The position numbers and the translations under genes were made by a program. 64,000 nucleotides of DNA from Candidatus Pacearchaeota archaeon CG_4_10_14_0_2_um_filter_35_33 (GTDB lineage Archaea > Nanobdellota > Nanobdellia > Pacearchaeales > GW2011-AR1). Position 1 is the first letter of the stretch. Every line of letters starts with the position of its first letter. Of this stretch, positions 27,231-37,637 are shown one piece after another. The notes beneath the pieces are model-generated. The model made no database searches. It was not told where the DNA came from and saw only the letters and a program-made list of their open reading frames with translations. The stretch spans positions 24,475 to 88,474 of the forward strand of contig PFOR01000012.1 of the NCBI GenBank assembly GCA_002792635.1, given 5' to 3'.

Positions 27231-28011
27231 TTTTATCTGCTTTTTTTATGAATCCGCTGTATTTTAAATTCCCAAGTTCAGAAATGATAGATTTGATGTT
27301 CTTTTTTGGAATTTTTTCAAATGCGGGATTCCTTATTTTAATATTTTTAGGGGCCTTTCTCCAAACCTCGTGAAAGTCTCTTTCTTCAATCTTAACATTT
27401 TTTGGAGAAAACTTCCAGGAATCTGCTATAATGTGAAGGGGGATATTATGGGTTTTGGCTATATCCGATATTGCTTCGCTTCCTATTTTATTTATCACTC
27501 CCGAATTTAGGATTGCATCTGCACCTAAAAGAATTAAATCCGCCTTTTCTATAGCATCATGCATGGCTGAATCTGCATATAATGTTGCCTTGATTCGTGC
27601 GTTGGCTAATTCCATTGCTGTTTTTCTACCTTGATAAAGAGGACGAGTTTCTGTTAATGAGACTGAAAACTTTCTGCCTTTCTTTTTTGAATATATCAGG
27701 GCCTTGACGACATTAGTTGAATGACAATGCGTGTAAATAATTTTTTTATTTTTGAGTACTTTGTAAACAAGAGAATTTATTCTGTCCTGTGCTTCGTCAA
27801 AATGTGAAAGAATACTTTTCCTAGACCATTTTTTTAGGAAATTTAACGAATTCACAAGGGTGGGTTCTGTTGGGCGAAGAGAAATCAACTTCTTTTTTGA
27901 AGAATGAGTGGGTTTTAACAGATAGGCTCTTATTGCTGCCTTGGCGACATTTGTGGCCCCCTGAATCTTAACTGATTTAATATCCTTGCAAATCTTTTCG
28001 AATTTATTCAT
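27223..28011 (-). CDS. ribose-1,5-bisphosphate isomerase (eIF2B-like family)
   Basis: IQGATNVA, RPTEP, THCHS (catalytic Cys), ETRPLYQG, GAD, NKIG, NPAFE. Confidence 0.9.
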   Translation of the reverse strand: MNKFEKICKDIKSVKIQGATNVAKAAIRAYLLKPTHSSKKKLISLRPTEPTLVNSLNFLKKWSRKSILSHFDEAQDRINSLVYKVLKNKKIIYTHCHSTNVVKALIYSKKKGRKFSVSLTETRPLYQGRKTAMELANARIKATLYADSAMHDAIEKADLILLGADAILNSGVINKIGSEAISDIAKTHNIPLHIIADSWKFSPKNVKIEERDFHEVWRKAPKNIKIRNPAFEKIPKKNIKSIISELGNLKYSGFIKKADKII

Positions 28012-28085
28012 AAAATAGACAAGAATTCTTCTTATAAAAAACTATTTAAGCTTATTACTGCTTTCTGATTCATGAGGGGTGAAGA

Positions 28086-28949
28086 ATGTTAGAGATGTTG
28101 ATGAGTCCTAAGAAGGCTGAGAGGAGGCCGTGGGAGCTGTTTTTTGTAGGTGCCTTTTATGCCACTCTCGCCATATTGATTACTAACTGGGTTTTTGCGA
28201 GAGATGCTGTTCTTTCACAGTATTCGAGCATTTTTGTGATTACATTTACTGTTATGTTTTCGATTCCCTTCATGTATTATGTCATAAGGTATGAAGAGAA
28301 GAAGGCGGCCACTATAAGCAGTTCATGGGAAAGATTGAAAGAACATAGGAAGGCATTATGGGCATTTCTCTGGCTTTTTGTTGGATTTGTTGTTGCCTTT
28401 TCTTTTTGGTATATCTTGCTTCCTACAACTGATGCTTATCGGGCTCCTGTAGAAACCTACTGTCAAATAAATAGGCCCGGGAATGCAGATCAATGCTTCG
28501 CTCAGTATGGGATAAAAGATTCTCCTACATCAACTCAATTTGCAACGACTAATGGAGAAAGACTATTCCTGATATTTACTAATAATATTTACGTTTTGAT
28601 ATTCATTCTTGTGTTCTCATTAATCTTCGGGGCAGGGGTGATTTTCATACTTGCTTGGAATGCGAGTGTCATAGCAGCAGCTATAGCCATATTTAGCAAA
28701 TCTGAATTGAGTGCTCTGCCGCTTGCACTGGGAAGATATTTCATACATGGAATTCCAGAAATCGCAGCCTATTTTGTTGCTGCCTTAGCCGGAGGCATAA
28801 TTTCCATAGCAGTTATAAGAAGAGATGTTGAAACAGAAAAATTTTGGGAAATTTTGCAAGATTCTTTGAATCTGATTATTGTTGCAGTGGTTGTATTGTT
28901 CTTGGCTGCCTTAATGGAAGTGTTCATTACGCCCGTATTTTTTAATTGA
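28086..28949 (+). CDS. SpoIIM/DUF95 family membrane protein
   Basis: IFTNN..WNASV..HGIPEI..AALMEVFITP. Confidence 0.88.
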   Translation: MLEMLMSPKKAERRPWELFFVGAFYATLAILITNWVFARDAVLSQYSSIFVITFTVMFSIPFMYYVIRYEEKKAATISSSWERLKEHRKALWAFLWLFVGFVVAFSFWYILLPTTDAYRAPVETYCQINRPGNADQCFAQYGIKDSPTSTQFATTNGERLFLIFTNNIYVLIFILVFSLIFGAGVIFILAWNASVIAAAIAIFSKSELSALPLALGRYFIHGIPEIAAYFVAALAGGIISIAVIRRDVETEKFWEILQDSLNLIIVAVVVLFLAALMEVFITPVFFN

Positions 28950-28982
28950 AAAGTTTAAATAATGCTCTATTATAGGATTTGA

Positions 28983-31700
28983 ATGGACGAGGATACCATA
29001 TTAAAAGAAAGGAAAGACAAGGTTTTTTCATATTTTAAGAATAAATTTGACTGGCTCATATATGTTGGATTGGCAATAATAGTTTTTATAGCTGTTAAAA
29101 TTAGGACCTTAAATCTTCCAAGATTAAGGGATTCGACGACGGGAGGTTGGACGCTTGGACCTGATTTAGATCCTTTCTTATTTTTGAGGTGGGCAAAGTA
29201 TATTGTTGAAAACGGCTCTTTGTATGCAATAGATAGTATGAGGTACGTCCCCCTCGGATTTAAGACTAGGGGCGAATTAATTCTTCACCCTTATATGATT
29301 GCCTGGTTCCATAATATAGCAAGTATATTTGGGTCGTCATCAGTTGAGCAATCTGCTGCATTATATCCAGTATTCTTTTTTGCTATAACAGTTATTGCTT
29401 TTTTCTTTCTTGTAAAGCAAATATTCTTAAAAGGAGAGGATGCCAATAAGGTTGGGATAATTGCATTAGTATCTTCTTTGATTTTAGTTGTTGCTCCTGT
29501 TCTGCTTCCAAGAACAATAGCAGGTATACCTGAAAAAGAATCTGCTGGGTTTTTCTTTTTGTTTGCTGCATTCTTCTTTTTCTTGCTTGGATGGGAGTCA
29601 AAAACCAAAAAGAAGATATTTGTCTCTTCTATCGTTGCCGGAATAATGACGGCTGGTATGGCATTAGTTTGGGGTGGATTTTTCTATATATTTATTGTTA
29701 TTTCAATTACAACACTTGTAGCATTCTTGCTTGGAAAAGTCAGATCAAATCAAATTTATGGATATGGTGGATGGTTGGTTTCAGCTACAATTTTTATGAC
29801 CCTGTTTAGTACAAGATATCCTGTGATGGGTTTGATTTCTTTAACTACAACAGGACCTTCTTATTTTGTTCTTTTCTTACTTATATTTGCAATGATATTA
29901 AACCATTTTAAAGATTCTAAATACGTGCAAAAACTGAATAGGATTAAGTTGCCAAGAAATTTGAGCATCTTGGTTGTGTTCACCATACTTGCCCTAATAA
30001 TTTCTATGGTTGTATTTGGGCCTGGTTTCTTAGTACATAAGGTTTCAGATGTTAAAAACAATCTAATAAAGCCTGTTACAGACAGACTTGGTGTAACCGT
30101 TGCTGAGAATAGACAACCCTACTTCGGGGAATGGGCAGGCAATTTTGGACCTGATTTTGCAGGAATTCCAGTTATGTTTGGGATTTTTTTCATGGGTTCT
30201 ATTTACTTATTCTATCAAATGTTGAAATTATTTCCGAAGAAAGAAAAAATAATAATGACTTGTGGTTATGTTGTATTCTTGTTTGCTATTGTATTTAGCA
30301 GATATAAATCTGGCAGTTTGTTGAATGGTGAAAATTTTGCAAGTATTTCGTTATATATAATTGGATTTTTAGTTTTGGTATTGACTCTTCTTTATTATTA
30401 TATAAAACACGATAAACAAGGAGACTTAGGCAAATTTAAAAAGATTGATTATGGTAAGATATTCTTATTTGCATTTTTCTTCTTTAGCATTGTTTCCGCA
30501 AGAGGCGCAGTTAGATTGATAATGGTTTTGATTCCGAGTGCTGCAATAATAGCTAGTTACTTTGTCGTTGATGTTGCTTTCAAAGCTCGAAGGAAGGAAG
30601 GGGGTAAAAATGTTGCAATGTTAATAGTTGCAGCAGTCTTGGTTATTTTCCTGGCTTATTCTACTTTTGCATTTTATCAGGTAAGTAGTGGCACTGCTAG
30701 AAATTATGTTCCTTCTGTTTATAATCAACAATGGCAGGAAGCTATGTCCTGGGTTAGGGAAAATACCGATGAATCTGCCGTCTTCGGACATTGGTGGGAT
30801 TATGGTTATTGGATTCAATCCATAGGTGAAAGGGCAACAGTTTTGGATGGCGGAAATGTTTATATTTATTGGAATTATCTTATGGGTCGTCATGTTTTAA
30901 CAAGCAAAGATGATAAAGTTGGATTAGAGTATTTGTATAGCCACGATGCGACTCACTTGTTGATTGATTCAACAGATATTGGTAAATATACTGCATTTTC
31001 TAGCATAGGTTCTAATGAAGAATATGATAGGAGGAGCTGGATTCCTACTTTCTTAAAAGATGACTCTAGCACAGAGGAAAAGAAAAATAGCATTGTTACA
31101 TATTATGCCGGTTCAACTAGTTTAGATGAAGATATAATTTATGTTGGTGAAAATGAAAAAAAGATGTTTTTGGCGGGTGTTGGAGACAGTGACTTGGACA
31201 AAGTGGGTAGCATTGCAGGACTTGGTGCAATAAAATTAGAAAAGAGTAAAAATGGGACTGGTATTGGAGTTACAGGATTATATGTTTATCAAGGCGTACC
31301 CTATGAAATACCTATAAGGTATGTATATTATGCAGGCACCTTAATAGATACTGGAAGAGGCCTGGAGGCGGGCGTATTTATATATCCTGCAGTGACTAGT
31401 AGCACGTCTCTTGATAGCGAAGGTGCTGCGATATACCTAAGTAAAAGAACATTTAATTCCAATATCGCTAAACTGTATCTACTTGGGTTAGATGATAATT
31501 ACTTTAAATTGGAACATACCGAGGATGATTTCATCGTAGAAAGTCTTAAGCAACAAGGAATAACTCAAAGTGACTTTGTTTATTACAATGGACTTAGGGG
31601 GCCAATAAAGATTTGGAGTATTGATTATCCAGATGATATTTCTAAAAGGGATGAGTATTTAAGTAAAACTTTTCCTGGTGAAAACCCGCTCTTAAAATGA
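28983..31700 (+). CDS. aglB: oligosaccharyltransferase AglB (STT3)
   Basis: DLDPF, TVAE, WWDYG, DGGN, DIGK; multi-TM N-terminal region. Confidence 0.96.
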   Translation: MDEDTILKERKDKVFSYFKNKFDWLIYVGLAIIVFIAVKIRTLNLPRLRDSTTGGWTLGPDLDPFLFLRWAKYIVENGSLYAIDSMRYVPLGFKTRGELILHPYMIAWFHNIASIFGSSSVEQSAALYPVFFFAITVIAFFFLVKQIFLKGEDANKVGIIALVSSLILVVAPVLLPRTIAGIPEKESAGFFFLFAAFFFFLLGWESKTKKKIFVSSIVAGIMTAGMALVWGGFFYIFIVISITTLVAFLLGKVRSNQIYGYGGWLVSATIFMTLFSTRYPVMGLISLTTTGPSYFVLFLLIFAMILNHFKDSKYVQKLNRIKLPRNLSILVVFTILALIISMVVFGPGFLVHKVSDVKNNLIKPVTDRLGVTVAENRQPYFGEWAGNFGPDFAGIPVMFGIFFMGSIYLFYQMLKLFPKKEKIIMTCGYVVFLFAIVFSRYKSGSLLNGENFASISLYIIGFLVLVLTLLYYYIKHDKQGDLGKFKKIDYGKIFLFAFFFFSIVSARGAVRLIMVLIPSAAIIASYFVVDVAFKARRKEGGKNVAMLIVAAVLVIFLAYSTFAFYQVSSGTARNYVPSVYNQQWQEAMSWVRENTDESAVFGHWWDYGYWIQSIGERATVLDGGNVYIYWNYLMGRHVLTSKDDKVGLEYLYSHDATHLLIDSTDIGKYTAFSSIGSNEEYDRRSWIPTFLKDDSSTEEKKNSIVTYYAGSTSLDEDIIYVGENEKKMFLAGVGDSDLDKVGSIAGLGAIKLEKSKNGTGIGVTGLYVYQGVPYEIPIRYVYYAGTLIDTGRGLEAGVFIYPAVTSSTSLDSEGAAIYLSKRTFNSNIAKLYLLGLDDNYFKLEHTEDDFIVESLKQQGITQSDFVYYNGLRGPIKIWSIDYPDDISKRDEYLSKTFPGENPLLK

Positions 31701-32713
31701 TTGATTTTTTTATTGTCATTATTCTTTTTGTTGGGTTCCTAATCAGTTTAGGATTTATGCCTGCATGGATTAAAAAAGCTAAACAGATTGGCTTAAAATG
31801 GAAGGATATGAACAAATATGAAGAAAGATTTGTTGCAGGGTCTGGAGGCATTATTGTTGTTTTGTCATTTTTCACTTCTGTTTTTTTGTTGGTTGGATAT
31901 AGTGCATTTTTTAGAAATTTTTTCGGAGAAGAACTATTGAAATTGTTTGCTCTCTTGACTACTATTATTTTTCTTGCCGGCATAGGTTTTATTGATGATT
32001 TAATGGGTTGGATGGAAGGGGGAATATCAAAAAAAACTAAGATATTGTTGATTTTAATTTCGGCAATACCTTTAGTTGCCATAAATGTTGGAAAGTCTGT
32101 TGTTTCTATGCCTTTTGTGGGTCCTATTGAACTTGGCTTGTTTTATGTTCTTGTTTTGATACCTATGGGTATAGTTGGCTCTTCAACAATTTTTAATATT
32201 CTTGCCGGTTTTAATGGGTTGGAGGCAGGACAAGGAATATTAATACTGTCTTCGCTTTCTCTGGTCGCATTTGCAATAGGAAGCCCCTGGTTATCTATCG
32301 TAGTGTTATGTATGGTTCTTTCCCTGTTGGGTTTCTTGATTTACAATTTCTCTCCTGCTAAAGTTTTTCCAGGTGATTCTCTAACAATTGCGGTTGGGGG
32401 GCTTATTGCAGTTACTGCAATTATAGGAAATTTTGAGAAGATTGCCGTATTTTTTATGATTCCTTATTTTTTGGAAGCGGGATTAAAAATTAGGGGTAAA
32501 TTAAAAAAACAATCATTCGGTAAACCCAACCAAGATGGAAGTTTGGGTCTTCTTTATGGGAAAATCTATAGTTTGAACCATCTGGCTATACTCTTTATGA
32601 AAAAACTTGGAGTAAAATCTACGGAAAGAAGAGCCGTGATAATGATTTGGATATTTCAAATAATAGTAATCCTTGTCGGTTTACTTATTTTCAGAGGGGG
32701 CATATTTGGGTAA
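31697..32713 (+). CDS. UDP-GlcNAc:dolichyl-phosphate GlcNAc-1-P transferase (AglH/Alg7, MraY family)
   Basis: DMNK, GFIDD, NILAGFNGLEAG, PAKVFPGDS. Confidence 0.92.
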   Translation: MIDFFIVIILFVGFLISLGFMPAWIKKAKQIGLKWKDMNKYEERFVAGSGGIIVVLSFFTSVFLLVGYSAFFRNFFGEELLKLFALLTTIIFLAGIGFIDDLMGWMEGGISKKTKILLILISAIPLVAINVGKSVVSMPFVGPIELGLFYVLVLIPMGIVGSSTIFNILAGFNGLEAGQGILILSSLSLVAFAIGSPWLSIVVLCMVLSLLGFLIYNFSPAKVFPGDSLTIAVGGLIAVTAIIGNFEKIAVFFMIPYFLEAGLKIRGKLKKQSFGKPNQDGSLGLLYGKIYSLNHLAILFMKKLGVKSTERRAVIMIWIFQIIVILVGLLIFRGGIFG

Positions 32714-32714
32714 G

Positions 32715-33923
32715 ATGCATCATGTGAAGAAAAAAATATGGGAAGGGAGTTTGGTTTTATTAATCACGTTTAACATATTTAATTTATTGAATTTTATTTT
32801 TCAATTCGCAATGGTCAGATTCCTTGACCTTGCTGAATATGGGGTGCTTGCTAGTTTATTTTCAATGATTTATATATTGGGTGTATTTTCCGAATCTATC
32901 CCAACAGTATTGAGTAAATATACAACAAATGAATCCAATAAAGGAAAATTGAAAAATATTCTTAAGAAATCATTAAAAAAGTCTATTTATGTCTCATTTT
33001 TGTTTTTTGGACTTTACCTTTTATTAAGCGTGGTTTTATCCCTTAAACTAAATATCCCTTATCTGCTTCTTATTATTACAGGTTTGATGATATTCTTTGC
33101 CTTTTTTGGTTCAGTTACTAGAGGGGTTATGCAAGGCAGAAAAAAGTTTTTTTCGCTTGGATGGAACTTAATTATAGAATCAGCAATTAAATTGGTTTTA
33201 GGTGTTAGCTTGGTTCTTATTGGATGGGGGGTGTATGGGGCGATGTTTGCAACAGTTGTTGGGGCAATGTTTGCATTCATAGTTTCATTTATACCCTTAA
33301 GACCTATAATAAAATCTAAAGAACAGAAAGCTTCTACTCCAGACATATATAAATACACATGGCCTGTGTTTGTTTTGACTTCTGTAATAATAATCTTTTA
33401 CAGCATTGACGTGCTTATTGCAAGATTGGTTTTTCCAGATATTTTGGCAGGACAATATGCTGTAGCATCCACAATCGCTAAGATAATCTTTGTAGGGACT
33501 TTCCCTATAAGCAAGGTAATGTTTCCCCTAAGTGCTGAGAAAAGTCTGGACACGGGTCATCAGAAGAAAGTTTTAGTGAATTCTCTGATGTTGATATTGA
33601 TTTTGATAGGAATCGGTCTTGTTATAACTGCCTTAATTCCTGAGTTTATAATATTCATTTTCAAAGGATATATCGTTAAGGAGTCTGCATCAGTATTGTT
33701 CTTGCTGTCTATTGCTACTGGATTAATTTCTCTTTCTAATCTCTTTGTGCTCTATAACCTGTCAATCGGTCGAATTAAAGGAGTCTATCTGTTCATATTC
33801 TTGCTTGTACTTGAAGCTTTGATGTTGTATGTATTTTCGTCCAGCATAATTGTATTTTCCTTAGCATTTATTGCGGCGTCATTAATTTTATTAATCGCTT
33901 CTATCCTGCTTATCCGAAGATGA
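32715..33923 (+). CDS. oligosaccharide flippase (Wzx/MATE-like)
   Basis: 12-TM pattern, L..AEYG, DVLIAR..AGQY; ATG 32715. Confidence 0.88.
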   Translation: MHHVKKKIWEGSLVLLITFNIFNLLNFIFQFAMVRFLDLAEYGVLASLFSMIYILGVFSESIPTVLSKYTTNESNKGKLKNILKKSLKKSIYVSFLFFGLYLLLSVVLSLKLNIPYLLLIITGLMIFFAFFGSVTRGVMQGRKKFFSLGWNLIIESAIKLVLGVSLVLIGWGVYGAMFATVVGAMFAFIVSFIPLRPIIKSKEQKASTPDIYKYTWPVFVLTSVIIIFYSIDVLIARLVFPDILAGQYAVASTIAKIIFVGTFPISKVMFPLSAEKSLDTGHQKKVLVNSLMLILILIGIGLVITALIPEFIIFIFKGYIVKESASVLFLLSIATGLISLSNLFVLYNLSIGRIKGVYLFIFLLVLEALMLYVFSSSIIVFSLAFIAASLILLIASILLIRR

Positions 33924-34705
33924 AGGTCTCTATAATTATTCCAGCATATAATGAGGAAAAAAGAATAGGAAATACTCTTAATCGGTATAACGAATACTTT
34001 TCAAGAGTTTTAAAAGGGAGGGGGTTAGATTATGAAATTTTAGTGGTGATAAATAATACGACAGATAACACTAAAGGAGTGGTTGAAAAATTCTCTAAAA
34101 AAAATAAAAGAATAAATTATTTAGAGTTGGAAAGGGGTGGGAAGGGATTTGCAGTTCTTTCTGGATTTAAGAAGGCTCTGTCAAATGAAAAGAATGACCT
34201 TATCGGATTTGTTGATGCTGATTTAGCCACACCTCCTGAAGAATTTCACAAACTAATCAATTCGATTAAAAGGTGTGATGTTGCAATAGCAAGCAGGTTA
34301 AAAAAGGGGTCTAAGATTCTTCCCAAATTTACATTGAAGAAAAAATTAATTACTTTGGGATTCAGCAACTTTGTTAGATTTTTGATGATGATGCCCCATA
34401 AGGATACACAATGTGGGGCAAAGTTATTTAGAAATAATTCTGCTAAATATGTGGTTGAAAATGTTGTGATGTCAAAATGGGCATTCGATGTTGAGGTTTT
34501 GTATAAATTGAGAAAGGAAGGGCACAGGATAATTGAAGTTCCGAGTGTTTGGTTTGACGTTCAAGGCAGTAAGATTGATATTAAGAAAGACTCAATAAGG
34601 ATGTTCCTTGCAATATGGCAACTGAGAATTGTAAATTCCCCGTTTAGAGGATTTTTGAAACCTGGAAAACCCATGATAGATTTTGTTTGGAGGTTTGTCA
34701 AATGA
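33920..34705 (+). CDS. GT2, dolichyl-phosphate glycosyltransferase (Alg5/DPM-like)
   Basis: IIIPAYNEE, GKGFAV, FVDAD, DTQCGAK, WAFDVE. Confidence 0.92.
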   Translation: MKVSIIIPAYNEEKRIGNTLNRYNEYFSRVLKGRGLDYEILVVINNTTDNTKGVVEKFSKKNKRINYLELERGGKGFAVLSGFKKALSNEKNDLIGFVDADLATPPEEFHKLINSIKRCDVAIASRLKKGSKILPKFTLKKKLITLGFSNFVRFLMMMPHKDTQCGAKLFRNNSAKYVVENVVMSKWAFDVEVLYKLRKEGHRIIEVPSVWFDVQGSKIDIKKDSIRMFLAIWQLRIVNSPFRGFLKPGKPMIDFVWRFVK

Positions 34706-35151
34706 AAATAATTTTTGCTGCATCTGCCGGGGGGCATTTAACGGAATTATTAATGATAGCTAATAAAAAGGTTATTGGAAAAAATGATAAAATTATATTG
34801 AGTGAAAAAACTGACCGCACGAAAAATTTATCTGGAAAGGTTTATTTTTTTGAAGCCCTGGGATATAATCCTGTAAAATACATTCTTCCGTTATTGAGGT
34901 GTATGAAAATATTGAAAAGGGAGAAAGTTAAATTGATTTTGACTACCGGAGCAGAGGTGGGATTGGTTGCGATTATTGCTGGAAGATTGTTAGGTATTAA
35001 ATCTGTTTTTATTGAAATTGCAGGCAATCCGAAAACCCCCTCTTTGGGAGGGAGGATGGCTTATCTTTTTAGCAACGTCTTTCTTGTCCAATATCCCGAG
35101 TTGGCTAAAAAATTTGGGAGAAAGGCAAAATATGTTGGGGGAATAATATGA
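34702..35151 (+). CDS. Alg14/PssD-like glycosyltransferase subunit
   Basis: SAGGHLTE, TTGA, VFIE, PSLGG, VQY. Confidence 0.9.
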   Translation: MKIIFAASAGGHLTELLMIANKKVIGKNDKIILSEKTDRTKNLSGKVYFFEALGYNPVKYILPLLRCMKILKREKVKLILTTGAEVGLVAIIAGRLLGIKSVFIEIAGNPKTPSLGGRMAYLFSNVFLVQYPELAKKFGRKAKYVGGII

Positions 35152-35642
35152 TATTCGTCAGTGTTGGGAACCATGACCAACAATTTACCAGACTGATAAA
35201 ATGGATCGATTCAATTGCTCCAAAAATAAAAGAGAAAATTATAGTTCAGAGAGGTTATACAAAGTACGTGCCAAAAAATTGTGGAAGTTTTCAATGGTCG
35301 AAGAGTCTTTCAGATTATATTAAAAAATCAAATCTAGTTATAACCCATGCTGGCATAGGAACAACATTGGAAGTTTTGAAGAAATATAAAAAACCTTGCA
35401 TCGTAGTTCCCAGACAACACAGTTATGGGGAACATATAAACAATCATCAAGTTGATTATTCCAGATTATTAGAAAAGAAAAATGTAAGGGTTGTATATGA
35501 TGTTAGGGATTTAACTCCTAAATTATTAAATAAATATAGGAAAGTTGTAAAAGTTGAGAATAAGAGTTTTAATAGCCTTCAGGACTTTTTGAGCAGGATT
35601 ATTAAAAAAACGGAGGCTGAAATTGGCGAAAAAATTAACTAA
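35148..35642 (+). CDS. Alg13/PssE-like glycosyltransferase subunit (GT28 C-terminal)
   Basis: MIFVSVG..FTRLI, ITHAGIGT, VPR..GEHINNHQ. Confidence 0.92.
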   Translation: MIFVSVGNHDQQFTRLIKWIDSIAPKIKEKIIVQRGYTKYVPKNCGSFQWSKSLSDYIKKSNLVITHAGIGTTLEVLKKYKKPCIVVPRQHSYGEHINNHQVDYSRLLEKKNVRVVYDVRDLTPKLLNKYRKVVKVENKSFNSLQDFLSRIIKKTEAEIGEKIN

Positions 35643-36558
35643 TTGTCCGTGTTGCGATGGGATGATAGGTGTTTTATACGAGGAACTTTATGATAAGAGC
35701 TATATGGTTCCTGGTAAATTCAAGATGTTTAGGTGTAATAGATGTGGACTTGATTTTATTAATCCAATTATGAATGAAAAAGAATTAGGAAAATATTACC
35801 CAGAAGATGAATATTATTCTTTTTACGATTATAACAAACTAGCGCTTGTCTACCATAAAGTTTCGGCCCTGTATCATTCTAAAAAGAACTTTTTTGTGTC
35901 TATTTTGCTCAAACCTTTTTCTTCTTTATTATACACTTATAAATTAGGGAAAGGGAAAAGCATTTTGGAGATTGGATGTGGAAATGGAATGATGCTTGAA
36001 ATTTATAGGAGCTATGGGCTAAAAACTTCTGGATTAGAGCCATATGGTCCTGAATTAACAAAAAGAGAAACAAATCTAGGGATCTTGAGAAAAAATATAA
36101 AAGATGTCCAATATCCCGAGAATAACTTTGATTATATAGTGATGAAGGAAGTTTTGGAGCACGTCCCTGACCAAGAAAGTGTTTTGAAAAAGTGTTTAAA
36201 GTGGTTGAATCCGGGAGGGAGGCTGATTATTACTGTTCCTAATACTGATAGCTTATGGAGAAGAATTTATGGAAAAAATTGGTTTGGATATGATGTTCCA
36301 AGGCACATCTATAATTATAGTCCAAAAAATATATCTATTCTTCTTAAAAAAATTGGTTTTAAAATCAACAATATAAGAGTTTATGACACTCCTTATATGA
36401 TCGATGGATCTATGAAATTTGAGAGAGTAGACAGAACTGGAAAAAAAGAACACCGGGTAATATTTTCTAATTTTTCAAAGATTATTTTAGTCCCTATTAG
36501 CTTATTGGTTAATTATTTTAAGAAAGGCTCTCTAATGGAAATAGAGTGTGTTAAATAA
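35623..36558 (+). CDS. class I SAM-dependent methyltransferase with N-terminal CxxC motifs
   Basis: LEIGCGNG, VLEHVPD, LNPGG, PRH. Confidence 0.9.
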   Translation: MAKKLTNCPCCDGMIGVLYEELYDKSYMVPGKFKMFRCNRCGLDFINPIMNEKELGKYYPEDEYYSFYDYNKLALVYHKVSALYHSKKNFFVSILLKPFSSLLYTYKLGKGKSILEIGCGNGMMLEIYRSYGLKTSGLEPYGPELTKRETNLGILRKNIKDVQYPENNFDYIVMKEVLEHVPDQESVLKKCLKWLNPGGRLIITVPNTDSLWRRIYGKNWFGYDVPRHIYNYSPKNISILLKKIGFKINNIRVYDTPYMIDGSMKFERVDRTGKKEHRVIFSNFSKIILVPISLLVNYFKKGSLMEIECVK

Positions 36559-36605
36559 CTAAACAAGTGAGATTAATTTTATAAACCATCTATTAATAGA
36601 CAAAT

Positions 36606-37637
36606 ATGGCTAACTGGCCAAAGATAAGCATTGTTACTTGTACTTATAATGGAGAAAGAGTAATTGAAGATTATTTTAAATATATTTTTTCTCAAGATTA
36701 TCCTAAAAACAAAATTGAATTAATTGTTGCAGATGGGGGAAGTAGTGATAGAACCCTCGACATAATAGAAAAATATAGGAAGAAATATCCTAAAATAATC
36801 AAATTTATGCATAACCCTCGGCAATATTCTATGGGAAAGGGCATGGGGATGGACCTAGCAACCCGAAAGGCGAAGGGAGAATTTATTGTTCAACTTGGCC
36901 AAGATAATTTGTTAGTTCAAAACGATTGGTTGAAAAATATGATAAAAATCCTTATTGAGAATCCGAAGATTACTGGTGTTCAGTCCCGGCTTTTTATTCC
37001 TAAAAATGCATCTATGACTGATAAATATGTTAATGCTATCGGCATAGAAGACCCTTACGCTATTCCTTATTCCTTGACAGCCCAAGTAGCATTTTACCCA
37101 AAAAAATTCAAATATGATAAGAAAGGTGATTTTTTCATATATAGAATAGACAAGGATAATTTTTATTACGCGGGCGATAATGGGTTTGTGATAAGAAGAA
37201 AGGAGTTTTTAGAAACTGGAGGATATACCCAAGACATAGATAATTTTTATAGAATGGCTGAATCCGGGAAGAGATATTTTATTGCCGTTCCAAGAGATAT
37301 CAGACTTTATCATAAAACTACAACCTCGCTAGAACATATGGTTAAGAAAAGAGTGTTTTACATCGGACATTACCTAATCAAGAATTATGGGGAAAGAGAT
37401 TTCTATTGGATGGACTTTAAGAGAATAAGTTTTATGAGAAATTTAAAATTTTTATTAACTGTTGCCCATAACTTCTTATTTATTCCTGGTGTTTTTCAAG
37501 GATTGAGGATGGCGTTGAAAGAGAAGAAAGGATATTGGTTAATACATCCGGTGATGTTGTGGGTTATTACGATGGCATACATATATGCATTCTTTTATGC
37601 TAAAATAGGCAAGAAGCAGACTAAAGCAGATATTTGA
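36606..37637 (+). CDS. GT2 glycosyltransferase
   Basis: SIVTCTYN, DGGSSD. Confidence 0.9.
   Translation: MANWPKISIVTCTYNGERVIEDYFKYIFSQDYPKNKIELIVADGGSSDRTLDIIEKYRKKYPKIIKFMHNPRQYSMGKGMGMDLATRKAKGEFIVQLGQDNLLVQNDWLKNMIKILIENPKITGVQSRLFIPKNASMTDKYVNAIGIEDPYAIPYSLTAQVAFYPKKFKYDKKGDFFIYRIDKDNFYYAGDNGFVIRRKEFLETGGYTQDIDNFYRMAESGKRYFIAVPRDIRLYHKTTTSLEHMVKKRVFYIGHYLIKNYGERDFYWMDFKRISFMRNLKFLLTVAHNFLFIPGVFQGLRMALKEKKGYWLIHPVMLWVITMAYIYAFFYAKIGKKQTKADI

Noticed and set aside
27223-28011. Annotation as translation factor eIF2B subunit
   Set aside because: The THCHS catalytic Cys and co-occurring AMP phosphorylase favour R15P isomerase.
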